64,000 nucleotides of DNA from Candidatus Poribacteria bacterium (GCA_021162805.1 JAGGXZ010000185.1:3064-67063); one strand, 5' to 3'; positions 19,000 through 29,403 are shown, counted from the stretch's first letter. The notes: generated from the letters alone by a model not told the origin. Numbers and translations are program-made.

Positions 19000-20368
19000 G
19001 AGAGACCTCCCTGTAACACCTTCGCAGCGCCTCAAGCGCCCCTTCGATCATCACTCGATCCGACTCCGGAGCGATGAAGATCCCGTATCGGCTCGCCCGG
19101 GCCATCTCCACTTCATATCCACCCAACGGCACCTGATCGGCGGTCGGGACGTAACCTATGGCACCGTTGGCGTGGCTGACCGGTATGGTCACTTTGAAGG
19201 GCGATTCCTCGGCGACTTTCAGGCCGATGTTGACGAATATCTCGCCTGGAAGGCCGACGATGGCGTAATCGCCTATGGCTATCGCCTGTGTCTCGACGGG
19301 GATGGTGAAATCGGCCTTCCCCGCCTCAAGATCCCTGACCAGTTTCTCCGTCCCCCTCAGCATCCTTGCTGTAAACCAGCTAAGGGCATCTTTCTCGTCC
19401 ACCGGTTTGCCTCCAGCAGCCTTACGCGCCCTTGCTATCTCCTCCTCGGCTCTGGCTCTTATCCGTTTCAGCTTCTCCCTTGCCTCCTCAAGCGATGGTT
19501 TCTCACCCAGATCGAGGGCGAACTCATAGCGAGCGACCGCTATACGCAGATCCTCCTCCATCTCATCGATACCCATCGCTGCCTGAAGGACGGCACAGCC
19601 CAGGCGGATGCCATGTCTCTCACAGAGCTCGAAATTTCCCCGTGGATGTGGGTTTACGTCCGCGCTACATGCGGCCACGAACAGGGCGAGTGCGTTTGAA
19701 AGGTTGGATTCTATGAACCGTTTGGCGACACCGGGGTAGTCGGCCGTATAGTATAGGTTATCGCCGCCGAGCGTCGTGCCGTGGGCGGCGTAGCTGAAGA
19801 GAAGCGCCATCGTCTTCCCGCTTTCGATCTCATCGAAACGGATGACGTCAGTGTAGGGAGCTATCGGACCGGAGGGGTTAACGCCGAGCACGGTTCTACC
19901 ATCGGGCCTCCGTTCACGTCTGTTAAGCGCTATGAGACAGTCCTGCCTGCCATATCCCACCCTTACGGGTTTCGCCCTGAGTTTCGCCTCCGACAGAGCG
20001 CCCGCCATCTTATGGATCAGCACGGTAGAATATGCTCGTTTCAGTTCATCCTCATCCTCCCTCCTCCTGAGCGACGTTTGGGGGCCGCCGTGCGTGTGAG
20101 AGCATGCGACGAGGATATTTCCCGCCGGCACGCCACAGATGGATTCGCAGGCCTCCCTTATCAGAGCCGTCCCCTGGACGTCGATGCCTATCAGATCGGC
20201 GGTTATCAATCCCGCCTCCGTCTCACCGTCGCTCAGGTAGAGCGCCACGGCGTTAAGCTCATCATGCACCCCTATGGCGGGGGTCTTCCGGGCGGCATAG
20301 CCCGACATCAACATGCCGACGGGCGGAGTTATATTCGCCCGCGCGGCACCGACGATCAGCTCAGACAT
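18986..20368 (-). CDS. Neutral/alkaline ceramidase-like protein
   Basis: N-terminus ANITPPVGMLMSGYAARKTPAIGVHDELNAVALYL matches neutral ceramidase N-terminal domain. Confidence 0.5.
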   Translation of the reverse strand: MSELIVGAARANITPPVGMLMSGYAARKTPAIGVHDELNAVALYLSDGETEAGLITADLIGIDVQGTALIREACESICGVPAGNILVACSHTHGGPQTSLRRREDEDELKRAYSTVLIHKMAGALSEAKLRAKPVRVGYGRQDCLIALNRRERRPDGRTVLGVNPSGPIAPYTDVIRFDEIESGKTMALLFSYAAHGTTLGGDNLYYTADYPGVAKRFIESNLSNALALFVAACSADVNPHPRGNFELCERHGIRLGCAVLQAAMGIDEMEEDLRIAVARYEFALDLGEKPSLEEAREKLKRIRARAEEEIARARKAAGGKPVDEKDALSWFTARMLRGTEKLVRDLEAGKADFTIPVETQAIAIGDYAIVGLPGEIFVNIGLKVAEESPFKVTIPVSHANGAIGYVPTADQVPLGGYEVEMARASRYGIFIAPESDRVMIEGALEALRRCYREVSHGQA

Positions 20369-21728
20369 CCCTTACCTCCTCTATCACCTTTCTCTCCCAA
20401 ACCCCTCTAACGAACAGCAGAAGCGATGCCACCGCTGTGATGAGATTGCTCCAAACCATGGCCATCCACACCCCCGTCACGCCCCACCCCAGGATTCTGC
20501 CGGCCAGATATGCCGATGGAAGCAGGAGCACCCAGAGGTTAAACAGCGACAGACCCATGGAGTAGATCGTATGACCGGAGCCCTGAAACGCCGAGGAAGT
20601 CAACCTAGATACGGCGAATAGGGGTATGGAGAAGGCGATGATGGAGAAAAACCTCGCTCCTAACCTCACCACATCGGGATCGTCGATGAATACCCTGACC
20701 AGATACTGGCGGAGAAGGAGACATAAAATACCTCCAGCCACCATCATCATAAATCCCAGACCGGTGGCCGTCCAGACGGATCTTCTAGCCCTCTTTATCT
20801 GATCCGCCCCGAGGTTCTGTCCTACCATCGTGGCAGTGGCCGCGGCGAGGCCGAAGACGGGCATTCGGAGGATCGAGGTCACCCTGATCCCAACGCCATG
20901 CGCGCTTATCGCCGCCGTGCCGAAAGAGGCTATCACCTTCATCAACATGGTGAAAGCTAAGGCGCTTCCGGAGCTGCCCATCGATGAGGGAATTCCGATC
21001 TTCACGATCTTTTTAACCATGTCCATCCTTAATCTCAGGTGATGGGCGCTCACCTTCACCCCAACTTTCCCGCTGAAAAGAAGGTAGATGGCGGCTATTG
21101 TGGCGACCCCGCGTGAAAAGGCCGTCGCTATTGCCGCCCCGCTCACCTCCATCCTCGGAAAGAACCCCACACCGAATATAAGCAGGGGGTCCAGGATGAT
21201 GTTCAGGATCACGGAGATGGCGCCGAGCTTCATAGGTGTCACCGTATCGCCAACCCCTCTGAGTAAACCGCTGAAGACGAAGAAGCCGAACATGAAAGGG
21301 ACGGAGGCGAACACTATCCTGGAATATGAAACCGCTTTGTCGAAGAGCATCGGCTCAACACCCATCCATCTCATCAAATACGGTATGAGGAGGAATCCTG
21401 CTGTGGCCAGCGAACAGGAGATGATAAGGAGGAAGGCCAGCACCTGACCGGCCGCCCTGTTTGCCCCCTCCCGGTTTCCGGCCCCCGTATGTTGAGCTAC
21501 CAAAGCGGTACCGGCAACACCTATACCGTCACTTAAGGATAACATGAGCCATATGATCGGCCAGCTTATGGTGGGAGCGGCCAGCGCTTCCTTGCTTAGC
21601 TTGCCGAGCCAGAAGGTATCGGCGAGGTTGTAGGCCGTCTGCATCAAGTTTCCTAACACGATGGGCCACATCAACACAAACAGCACTCTGATTATCGATC
21701 CCTTCAGTATCTCCGTTCTCCTATCCAT
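20361..21728 (-). CDS. MATE-family efflux transporter
   Basis: 12-TM protein, MWPIVLGNLMQTAYNLADTFWLGKL motif; start at ATG with GGAGGGGG RBS. Confidence 0.75.
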   Translation of the reverse strand: MDRRTEILKGSIIRVLFVLMWPIVLGNLMQTAYNLADTFWLGKLSKEALAAPTISWPIIWLMLSLSDGIGVAGTALVAQHTGAGNREGANRAAGQVLAFLLIISCSLATAGFLLIPYLMRWMGVEPMLFDKAVSYSRIVFASVPFMFGFFVFSGLLRGVGDTVTPMKLGAISVILNIILDPLLIFGVGFFPRMEVSGAAIATAFSRGVATIAAIYLLFSGKVGVKVSAHHLRLRMDMVKKIVKIGIPSSMGSSGSALAFTMLMKVIASFGTAAISAHGVGIRVTSILRMPVFGLAAATATMVGQNLGADQIKRARRSVWTATGLGFMMMVAGGILCLLLRQYLVRVFIDDPDVVRLGARFFSIIAFSIPLFAVSRLTSSAFQGSGHTIYSMGLSLFNLWVLLLPSAYLAGRILGWGVTGVWMAMVWSNLITAVASLLLFVRGVWERKVIEEVRDV

Positions 21729-21850
21729 GCGGTGTACCCCCTCCGAGTTCACCTCGATTTTATCAGCTTTCCCGGATGCTGTCAAGAAGGGATTCTCTCT
21801 TGACAATATCTGGGCTGCTATGGTATCGTTAAACCGAGGTTGAGCTACCC

Positions 21851-22210
21851 ATGAGATCGATCGCTTTCTATATCCTCATGCTCTCCTCGATCCTCATGCT
21901 AACCGGATGTGGAACTAGGAAGGACTTGATCGAGGAGTATAACGACTTTGCTATTTGCGCTGCGAAGGCAGGGCTGTGGAAGGAAGCGGCCTTCAGATGG
22001 GAGAAGATCGTCCAGATGAATCCCAAAGATGCCAGAGCCCACAACAACCTTGCCGTTGCCTATGAAGCTATGGGGAAATACGATGAAGCCGAAAGGGAAT
22101 ACCGAAAAGCCCTGCAGCTCGATCCCAGAAACAAGGCTATTCAACGGAATTATATCAGATTCAAACAAATCCAGCAGAGACGTAAGGGGAGAGATGAAGG
22201 GGAAGGTTAG
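21851..22210 (+). CDS. TPR-repeat lipoprotein
   Basis: Lipobox LTGC after signal peptide; AHNNLAVAYEAMGKYDEAEREYRKALQLDP TPR units. Confidence 0.55.
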   Translation: MRSIAFYILMLSSILMLTGCGTRKDLIEEYNDFAICAAKAGLWKEAAFRWEKIVQMNPKDARAHNNLAVAYEAMGKYDEAEREYRKALQLDPRNKAIQRNYIRFKQIQQRRKGRDEGEG

Positions 22211-22889
22211 TCTCGCCGTCATACTCATCCTGATCTTAGGCTGTGGAGGCCCTGAGAAGATATGGATCAAGGTGAATACCCCCTCAAAGATCGATATAAG
22301 CCGTTACCATTCCATAGCCGTCCTGCCCCTTCTGCCCCTGAAGAAGGATGATAGAAACGGGGATCAGGGCGAATCGATCTCGTATTTCATCAGGAGGGAG
22401 ATCGCCAAGGTGAAAGGGATTAACCTGATCGATGCCCAGACCACAAGGCGGATATTGGAAGGGGAGAAGATATCAATCCAAACGCTCGAAAGCCCAGAAC
22501 AGATGGTGGATATATGTGGGGAATTGGGGGTGGACGCCGTCATAGCGGGGACATATAAGCTGTATCATGTCAGCGAACCGAGGAGATATTACGTTGAGAG
22601 GTATTCGCCTCAACTGAGGCAGTATGTGACCCAGGCGGTCACATATTATGAGAAGACCTATTATCTCAAGCTCCATCTGATGTTGATCGACTCCAAGACA
22701 GGCAAGCCGATTCTCGATGAGGAGTATGAGCCATCCTACTCTGAGGCACATAACATCGGATCGCTGATCGTCTCGGAAGTTGCTCAGGATAATCCCGCCC
22801 TGGAGAGGCTCACCCTGGATGCGATATCGCAGTTTCTCAAGAAGATAGCGCCACACTATGAGAGAGAGGAGAGGTATCTGCTGAGATGA
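22194..22889 (+). CDS. Hypothetical lipoprotein
   Basis: MKGKVSLAVILILILGCGG lipobox; internal ATG of longer ORF; stop overlaps next start (ATGA). Confidence 0.45.
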   Translation: MKGKVSLAVILILILGCGGPEKIWIKVNTPSKIDISRYHSIAVLPLLPLKKDDRNGDQGESISYFIRREIAKVKGINLIDAQTTRRILEGEKISIQTLESPEQMVDICGELGVDAVIAGTYKLYHVSEPRRYYVERYSPQLRQYVTQAVTYYEKTYYLKLHLMLIDSKTGKPILDEEYEPSYSEAHNIGSLIVSEVAQDNPALERLTLDAISQFLKKIAPHYEREERYLLR

Positions 22890-25765
22890 AACCGAGATAC
22901 ACCATAGGTATACCATTCGTTATCCTGATGATCCTGGTCGGCTTCACGCCTCTATGGGCCACTCCGCCTCTGTTACAGAATCACCTCTCCTGGGCCACAT
23001 CATCATACTCCCAGTTCTTCGGCAAGAACAAGGTGACTGAGAAGAGGTTCAAATGGATGCTCCACAAGACGGATCATTTTGACATATACTATTACCCTAC
23101 AGAGGCTGCCTTGGTGCCGGAGGTTGGGAGGATAATAGAGGAGGCGTATCAGCGGCTGAGCGATGCGCTTGATCACGAGATAGAGGGCCGCACGCCCATA
23201 ATCCTATACAAGTCCCACAATGACTTTCGACAGACGAACGTCACGCTTGCGGATCTGACGGAGGGGGTTGGTGGATTTGCGGAGATATTCAAGCACAGGG
23301 TCGTCATACCGTTTACCGGCTCGCGCAGGGAGCTGAGAGAGGTTCTATTTCACGAGCTGACGCACATATTCCAATATGACATCATCTATCACAAGCCTCT
23401 AGCGCATATCTACACCGGTGAGTTTCTCTACAGTCCGCCGCTATGGTTCATCGAGGGGATGGCAGAGTATTTCGCACAGGATATGGACTCCGTTGGGGAG
23501 ATGGTTTTAAGGAACGCCGTTGTGACGAACGAGCTCGTGCCGTTGACGAAGCTGCAGGATTTTTCAGCCTTGGGCTCACAGGTCTATCTGGGATACAAGG
23601 AGGGGCAATCTGCGCTGATGTTTCTCGCCCGGAAATACGGGGAGGATAAGATCGGCTCCATCCTTCAGGAGCTGAGACATAGCCGGACGAAGAACCTGGA
23701 TGAGGCGATGAAGAACGTGTTGGGCATATCAGAGGAGGAGTTTGATAAGGGATGGCGAAGGGAGTTGAGGAAACGATATTATCCCCTGGTGGGTGAGAGG
23801 GATATGCCGGATGTGTTTTCAAAGCAGCTGACACATTCCGATGAGGGGGGCTATCTCAAATTCGCATGGTCGCCGAGCGGGGATCTTCTGGCGTGTATCA
23901 CGACAGAAGGGGGTCATTATGATATCAGCCTCATCACCTCCACAGACGGCAGAGAGGTGATGAGACCGATCACACATCTCTACAGGAGTCAATACGAGGA
24001 GATACAGATCAGAGGCAACGGGATAGCATGGTCACCGGATGGGGATAAGCTGGCCTTTTTCGCTCGGAAGGAGGGAGGGGAGGTTCTCTTCATCTACAAC
24101 CTGATAACGAAGGATTTGAGGAAGATCTCGATGCCCTTCGATTCTTGTTGGTCGCCGGAGTGGTCTCCGGAGGGAGGGAGGATCGCTTTTGTGGGGTTGA
24201 AGGATGGGCAATCGGATATCTATCTTCTCTCGCTCAGGCGGCTTCAGGTTGGGAAGGTTAGCATCAGCAGGGTTACGCGGGATATATACGACGAGGGAGG
24301 GATCACATGGAATCCGAGAGATGAGAAGCTGGCCTATTCATCGGAGAGGGGAGGATGGCGACGGATAGTGGTGCGGGATCTGATAAGCGGCGAGGAGAGG
24401 GTATTGACGGGATGGGGATTCAACAGTATCTCTCCGAGGTGGACTCCCGACGGTAAGGGTCTTCTCTTCGTTTCAGACATGACGGGTTTCAATGACATCT
24501 ATCGTATGGAGGTCGGCAAGGGGGAGGTGGTCAGATTGGTCGGGGCTATAACGGGTTGTTTTTCCCCTGCCCTATCACCGGATGGGAAGGCTCTTGCTTA
24601 CGTGGGGTATCACGACGGCAGGCAGGATATATACAGGGTGGAAGTATCCTCGTTAACACCCGAGACGGTGAGCTTTCCGGTTGCCAAATCGGGAGGGGAG
24701 GAGAGAGAGGGGAGAGGTGAAGAGGGGATAGTCGGCAGGAGGCGGTATAGGCCGAAGCTGATGTTGGATGCGATATTCACCGACTTCACGATGTATTCGG
24801 ATGGGATATTGAGGAACACGACGCAGCTTGTAGCGAGCGATATGATGGGGAATCATCGTGTGATGCTGACGTTGATGGGACAGAGCGGGTATTTCGCTCC
24901 GGATTTCGTCGCCTACTACTATTACCTCGGGTTGAGACCGGATTTCGGGGTGGGACTGTATAATTACCACACGGTACATCTGGTGAGGGGAATATGGGGA
25001 GATGAATGGTATCTTGAACGCAATACAGGAGCAGCGGCTCTGATGAGCTATCCGTTTGACAGGTACAGGCGGTTGGAGGTTCAACTGGAGATGATCTCCA
25101 TGCCGTTCAGGTATGATTTCTGGACATCAAAGCCGCTTGATAGAGGTAATATCACCTATCTGAGTGCGTATCTGATAGGGGACACGGTGAGTTGGAGCGA
25201 GATGGGGCCGAGGGGTGGGAGCAGGTATGCGATAGGGATTGAGAGGACATTGGGGTGTCTAGGGAGTGATTTAGAAATGACCAATTACAGCTTTGATATC
25301 AGGCGCTATCAAGGTGTGGGGAGAGGTGTATTGGCGTTTCGAGGTATGGGAGCAGCTAGCGAGGGTAGGGATAATATGATATACTATCTCGGAGGTATAG
25401 ATACGCTGAGAGGTTATGGATATGAGGATTTGAGAGGATCGCGGATGATGTTGATGAATGTGGAGTTGAGGGTGCCGCTGATAGAGGAGATCCGGTTTGG
25501 GTGGCCTGTGAGTTGGAGTATAGGTGGTATAAAGGGGATAGGTTTCATGGATATGGGAGCGGCATGGTACAGGGGAGAGAGGCCGAGATTGTGGAAGATA
25601 GAGGGGAGGAAGTTGGAGCTGGTCGATTTGGCCTCGTCTGTGGGATTAGGATTGAGGATGAATTTGGGGATATTTGCATTGAATATGGATTTGGCCTGGA
25701 GGACGAATTTGGTTCATATCGGGCCCGGTCCGATCTTCCACTTCGGCCTGGGAGGAGAATTCTGA
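22886..25765 (+). CDS. Large secreted/outer-membrane tripartite protein: gluzincin-like HExxH...E domain + TolB-like PD40 beta-propeller + Omp85/surface-antigen-like C-terminal barrel
   Basis: Signal peptide; FHELTHIF...IEGMAEYF; repeated WSPDG/WSPEG/WTPDG/LSPDG PD40 motifs; C-terminal GGIDTLRGYGYEDLRGSRMMLMNVELRVPL barrel region. Confidence 0.6.
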   Translation: MKPRYTIGIPFVILMILVGFTPLWATPPLLQNHLSWATSSYSQFFGKNKVTEKRFKWMLHKTDHFDIYYYPTEAALVPEVGRIIEEAYQRLSDALDHEIEGRTPIILYKSHNDFRQTNVTLADLTEGVGGFAEIFKHRVVIPFTGSRRELREVLFHELTHIFQYDIIYHKPLAHIYTGEFLYSPPLWFIEGMAEYFAQDMDSVGEMVLRNAVVTNELVPLTKLQDFSALGSQVYLGYKEGQSALMFLARKYGEDKIGSILQELRHSRTKNLDEAMKNVLGISEEEFDKGWRRELRKRYYPLVGERDMPDVFSKQLTHSDEGGYLKFAWSPSGDLLACITTEGGHYDISLITSTDGREVMRPITHLYRSQYEEIQIRGNGIAWSPDGDKLAFFARKEGGEVLFIYNLITKDLRKISMPFDSCWSPEWSPEGGRIAFVGLKDGQSDIYLLSLRRLQVGKVSISRVTRDIYDEGGITWNPRDEKLAYSSERGGWRRIVVRDLISGEERVLTGWGFNSISPRWTPDGKGLLFVSDMTGFNDIYRMEVGKGEVVRLVGAITGCFSPALSPDGKALAYVGYHDGRQDIYRVEVSSLTPETVSFPVAKSGGEEREGRGEEGIVGRRRYRPKLMLDAIFTDFTMYSDGILRNTTQLVASDMMGNHRVMLTLMGQSGYFAPDFVAYYYYLGLRPDFGVGLYNYHTVHLVRGIWGDEWYLERNTGAAALMSYPFDRYRRLEVQLEMISMPFRYDFWTSKPLDRGNITYLSAYLIGDTVSWSEMGPRGGSRYAIGIERTLGCLGSDLEMTNYSFDIRRYQGVGRGVLAFRGMGAASEGRDNMIYYLGGIDTLRGYGYEDLRGSRMMLMNVELRVPLIEEIRFGWPVSWSIGGIKGIGFMDMGAAWYRGERPRLWKIEGRKLELVDLASSVGLGLRMNLGIFALNMDLAWRTNLVHIGPGPIFHFGLGGEF

Positions 25766-25785
25766 TCGCTCATATTTTTCGGTGA

Positions 25786-25819
25786 GTGTAGCAGAGAGCT
25801 GAATGGATAACCGCTACAC
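25786..25819. repeat. Miniature copy of intergenic repeat (GTGTAGCAGAGAGCTGAATGGATAACCGCTACAC)
   Basis: Carries both termini (GTGTAGC...GCTACAC) of the larger repeats at 40642 and 56185. Confidence 0.4.
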
Positions 25820-25844
25820 TGAGAATTTGAGTGAACCCAATTCC

Positions 25845-28814
25845 ATGGAGGAGATAAGGATGAAGGGACCTTTGAGGAAGCTTGTCGCTATCATTCTTAT
25901 ACTGATAGCGGTTTGGATACTGGGTAGGTTGATCGTATCGGTCTATCCGGAGTATCTGTGGTTCAAACATCTAAACTATGCCTCCGTCTTCACGAAGATA
26001 TTCTGGACGAAGGTGGCGATGGGGGTTACGGCGACGGTGTTGCTCTTGGGGTTAACCCTGGGCAACCTCTATCTGATATGGCGTTTCTCCAGCGCTTTGA
26101 GCCCGGCGATAATCGACGCGATGCCGTTGGGGAGGCCCGATTTCGACTTACGTAAGTACATCTTCGTCGCTTTAGGTATACTTTCGATCTTCTTCAGTCT
26201 GATCCTCGGGTATTCGACAGCGTCACATTGGGAGGTGGTTCTGAGATACTTCAATTCCGATGGGATAAAGTTCAATCTGATCGATCCGATATTTCACAAG
26301 GACGCCGGGTTTTACATCTTCAAGATGCCTTTCCTGCGATATATATATGGGTGGATCTTCGGGATCTTTCTCCTCATAACCATAGCCACAGTTGCCGTCT
26401 ATTTCTTCCACGGTCAGATCCTGGATAGGCGTAACCGGTTCGCCCCGCCTTTCAGGGTCAAAGCTCACGTCTTCACTCTGATGGCCATAACCCTTTTCAG
26501 CAGAGCATGGGGTTACAGGTTTTTGATGTATGACCTGCTCTATTCGACCAGGGGCAGGGTTTTCGGAGCGGGATATGCGGACGTGTATGCCAGAAAACCG
26601 GTGCTTTGGATATTGATGTTCCTGTGCATAGCGGCCGGATTCGTTTTTCTCATCAGCATTTTCATGCGCCGAACGAGATACGCCGTGGGATCGCTGGTGT
26701 TGATATTCATCGTCGCCTTCCTAGGCGGTATATGGCCTGCGACGGTGCAGAAGTTCAAAGTGAAACCCAATGAGCTCAATCTCGAAAGGCCGTTTATAGG
26801 ATATAACATCAAATTCACCCGATACGCATACAACCTGGATAGGATCGAGGAGAAGGAGTACCCGGTCATCGGCCGGCTCACCTACGATGTGGTCACGAGC
26901 GATAAGGCGTTTATGGAGAACGTGAGGTTGTGGGATTGGCGGCCGCTGAAGCAGATATTCAAACAGCTTCAGGTTCTCAGACCTCAATACGATTTTTCGG
27001 ATGTGGATATCGATAGATACAGGATAAACGGAAGGCTGAGACAGGTAATGCTCGCCGCCAGGGAGCTGAATTACAATCAGCTCAGGGCTGAGGCTAAGAC
27101 CTGGGTTAACCAGACCTTCACCTTCACCCACGGTTACGGCATCTGTGTCGTGCCCGTCAGCGAGATCCTAAACGGTCGTCCCCGCTTCTACGTCAAGGAC
27201 ATACCGCTGAACTATGCCCCTGAATGGCCGGAGAGGATAAAGGAGAACCCCGGTCCCAGAATATATTACGGCGAGATGACGAATCACTATGTGATCGTCA
27301 ATCCTCAAAGCGCCGAGCCGCGGGAATTCGATTATCCGATGGAGGAATCAGAAAGCTACGTCAAAAATAGCTATCAGGGCAAAGGCGGGGTTCCCTTCTC
27401 CTCCCTAATCCGTAAGCTGATATTCGCCTGGAAGTTCAAAAGCATCAACATGCTCCTTTCAGGCGAGATAAGCCGGAACAGCCGGATACTGTTCCACAGA
27501 AACATCCAGGATAGGATCTCTACGATCGCCCCGTTCTTGAGGTTCGATCAGGATCCCTACATCGTTATGGCAAACGGAAGGCTCTATTGGATAATAGACG
27601 CCTACACGGTCACGCATCGTTTCCCTTACTCTGAGCCGATGGAGGATGTGTTCAAGGAGATGGTCAGGTCGAAGTTCGGCCGCAAGACAGCGAGGAGAGT
27701 GCTGAGGACAAGAGGAGAACCATGGGGCAATTACATCCGTAATTCCGTCAAGATCGTGGTGGACGCCTATGACGGAAACGTCGATTTCTACGTGGTGGAT
27801 GAGGCGAACGATCCGATGATCCAGTGCTACATGAAGATGTTTCCCGATATGTTCAAGCCGTTTGAAAGCATGCCGCAGGAGCTCAAGGCTCACGCGAGGT
27901 ATCCGATGGCGTTATTTTTGATCCAGGCCCTCAAATACAGATCCTATCATATGACCACGCCCGACGTCTTCTATGCTCGTGAGGACCTGTGGGAGATAGG
28001 ATATGAGATATACGACAATACGGCCATCCAAGGCGAGCAACAACCCCAAGTATCGCCGCTTTCAAGACTTACCGGAGTAAGACCACAACAGACGGGTAAA
28101 AGCAACATCCAGCCGGTGGAGCCGTACTACCTCATAGTCACCCTGCCCGATGAGAAGAAAAGCGAATTCCTGATCATGATCCCCTATACGCCGGCCGGCA
28201 AAGCCAATTTGACCGCCTGGCTGGCCGCCAGATGCGACATACCGGACTACGGAAGGCTACTGGTCTATAAATTCCCAAAGGGTCAGCTCGTCAACGGCCC
28301 GATGCAGGTCGAAAGCTTTATAAGTCAGAATCCAGAGATCTCCAAGGACCTATCATTGTGGGATATGCGGGGGTCGAGGGTGTTGCGTGGAAACCTGCTG
28401 ATCATCCCTATGAGCGGCTCAGTCCTCTACGTCGAGCCGATATATATCCAGGCGGAACAATCGGAGAACGCCATACCTGAGCTCAGCCGCGTGGTCGTGG
28501 GGTATAAGCAGAGCGAGAAGATGAGCGTAGTGATGGGGATGACGCTAGAGGACGCTCTGAGAAGGATGTTCATAGGAGGAGCGATCTCAGCGGCTCCCTC
28601 CCCGGCCGGGGTGACAAAGGTCAACGCCAAACCGAAGCGGCGTCCTGCCGTCCAATCCGCAACTGCCGATCAGTTGATAAAGCTCGCAAAACAGCATTAT
28701 GATATGGCCCAACGGGCGATCAAACGAGGAGATTGGGCCGAATACGGAGATCAGATCAAAAAGCTCGGCGAGGTGCTATCACAGCTTGAGTTGATCTCAG
28801 GAGGTGGAAGATGA
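25845..28814 (+). CDS. UPF0182-family large membrane protein
   Basis: N-terminal multi-TM region with PEYLWFKHLNY motif, about 1000 aa; start set after the repeat element rather than at MDNRYT. Confidence 0.6.
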   Translation: MEEIRMKGPLRKLVAIILILIAVWILGRLIVSVYPEYLWFKHLNYASVFTKIFWTKVAMGVTATVLLLGLTLGNLYLIWRFSSALSPAIIDAMPLGRPDFDLRKYIFVALGILSIFFSLILGYSTASHWEVVLRYFNSDGIKFNLIDPIFHKDAGFYIFKMPFLRYIYGWIFGIFLLITIATVAVYFFHGQILDRRNRFAPPFRVKAHVFTLMAITLFSRAWGYRFLMYDLLYSTRGRVFGAGYADVYARKPVLWILMFLCIAAGFVFLISIFMRRTRYAVGSLVLIFIVAFLGGIWPATVQKFKVKPNELNLERPFIGYNIKFTRYAYNLDRIEEKEYPVIGRLTYDVVTSDKAFMENVRLWDWRPLKQIFKQLQVLRPQYDFSDVDIDRYRINGRLRQVMLAARELNYNQLRAEAKTWVNQTFTFTHGYGICVVPVSEILNGRPRFYVKDIPLNYAPEWPERIKENPGPRIYYGEMTNHYVIVNPQSAEPREFDYPMEESESYVKNSYQGKGGVPFSSLIRKLIFAWKFKSINMLLSGEISRNSRILFHRNIQDRISTIAPFLRFDQDPYIVMANGRLYWIIDAYTVTHRFPYSEPMEDVFKEMVRSKFGRKTARRVLRTRGEPWGNYIRNSVKIVVDAYDGNVDFYVVDEANDPMIQCYMKMFPDMFKPFESMPQELKAHARYPMALFLIQALKYRSYHMTTPDVFYAREDLWEIGYEIYDNTAIQGEQQPQVSPLSRLTGVRPQQTGKSNIQPVEPYYLIVTLPDEKKSEFLIMIPYTPAGKANLTAWLAARCDIPDYGRLLVYKFPKGQLVNGPMQVESFISQNPEISKDLSLWDMRGSRVLRGNLLIIPMSGSVLYVEPIYIQAEQSENAIPELSRVVVGYKQSEKMSVVMGMTLEDALRRMFIGGAISAAPSPAGVTKVNAKPKRRPAVQSATADQLIKLAKQHYDMAQRAIKRGDWAEYGDQIKKLGEVLSQLELISGGGR

Positions 28815-29368
28815 GTATAAATAGGGATGAAGCGATGAAGCTGCTCAGGGAGTATACCAAAAACGAGAACCTAATCAAACATGCCCTAGCCGTCGAGGCT
28901 GCCATGAGGGCTTACGCCAGGAGATTCGGCGAGGACGAGGAGAGGTGGGGGATAGCGGGATTACTGCATGATTTCGATTACGAGAGGTATCCAACCCCGG
29001 GCGAACATGCCATCAAAGGTGCCGAGATCCTCGCCGAGAGGGGATATCCCGAGGACATCGTAAACGCCGTGAGATCCCACGCCAATTATGAGGAGTATCC
29101 GCCTCAGACCTTAATGGAGAGAACCCTTTTCGCCGTAGACGAGCTGACCGGTTTCATAGTTGCTGTGGCCCTCGTCAGACCTTCCAAGAAAATAGCGGAT
29201 GTCAAGGTCAGCTCGGTCAGGAAGAAGATGAAGGATAAGGCTTTCGCCAGAAAGGTGAAGAGGGAGGATATAATCAAGGGGGCGGAGATGCTCGGCGTGC
29301 CGCTGGAGGAGCACATAGGGACGGTGCTTGAGGCGATGAAGGGGATAGCCGATCAGCTAGGGCTGTGA
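28811..29368 (+). CDS. HD-domain phosphohydrolase
   Basis: HALAVEAAMRAYA ... GLLHDFDY HD motif; ATGA overlap with upstream stop. Confidence 0.75.
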   Translation: MSINRDEAMKLLREYTKNENLIKHALAVEAAMRAYARRFGEDEERWGIAGLLHDFDYERYPTPGEHAIKGAEILAERGYPEDIVNAVRSHANYEEYPPQTLMERTLFAVDELTGFIVAVALVRPSKKIADVKVSSVRKKMKDKAFARKVKREDIIKGAEMLGVPLEEHIGTVLEAMKGIADQLGL

Positions 29369-29374
29369 ATCTCC

Positions 29375-29403
29375 TTGCCAATCAGGGAGGTATTTGTTAT
29401 ATT
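29375..29403 (+). promoter_or_regulatory. Putative sigma-70-type promoter TTGCCA-17-TATATT for the rpsB operon
   Basis: Read directly; about 145 bp upstream of rpsB ATG; leader also contains GGATAACCGCTA 12-mer. Confidence 0.35.

Noticed and set aside
18363-19019. 218-aa ORF in alternate frame inside the sulfatase gene
   Set aside because: The sulfatase frame carries unmistakable family motifs (CMPSR etc.). The alternate frame is Ser/Arg/Pro-rich noise typical of GC-rich off-frames.
25803-25862. ORF-track N-termini MDNRYT... at 25803 and 40767
   Set aside because: Both arise because the intergenic repeat contains ATGGATAACCGCTACAC. The UPF0182 start was moved downstream of the repeat. The 40767 ORF is entirely within the repeat.
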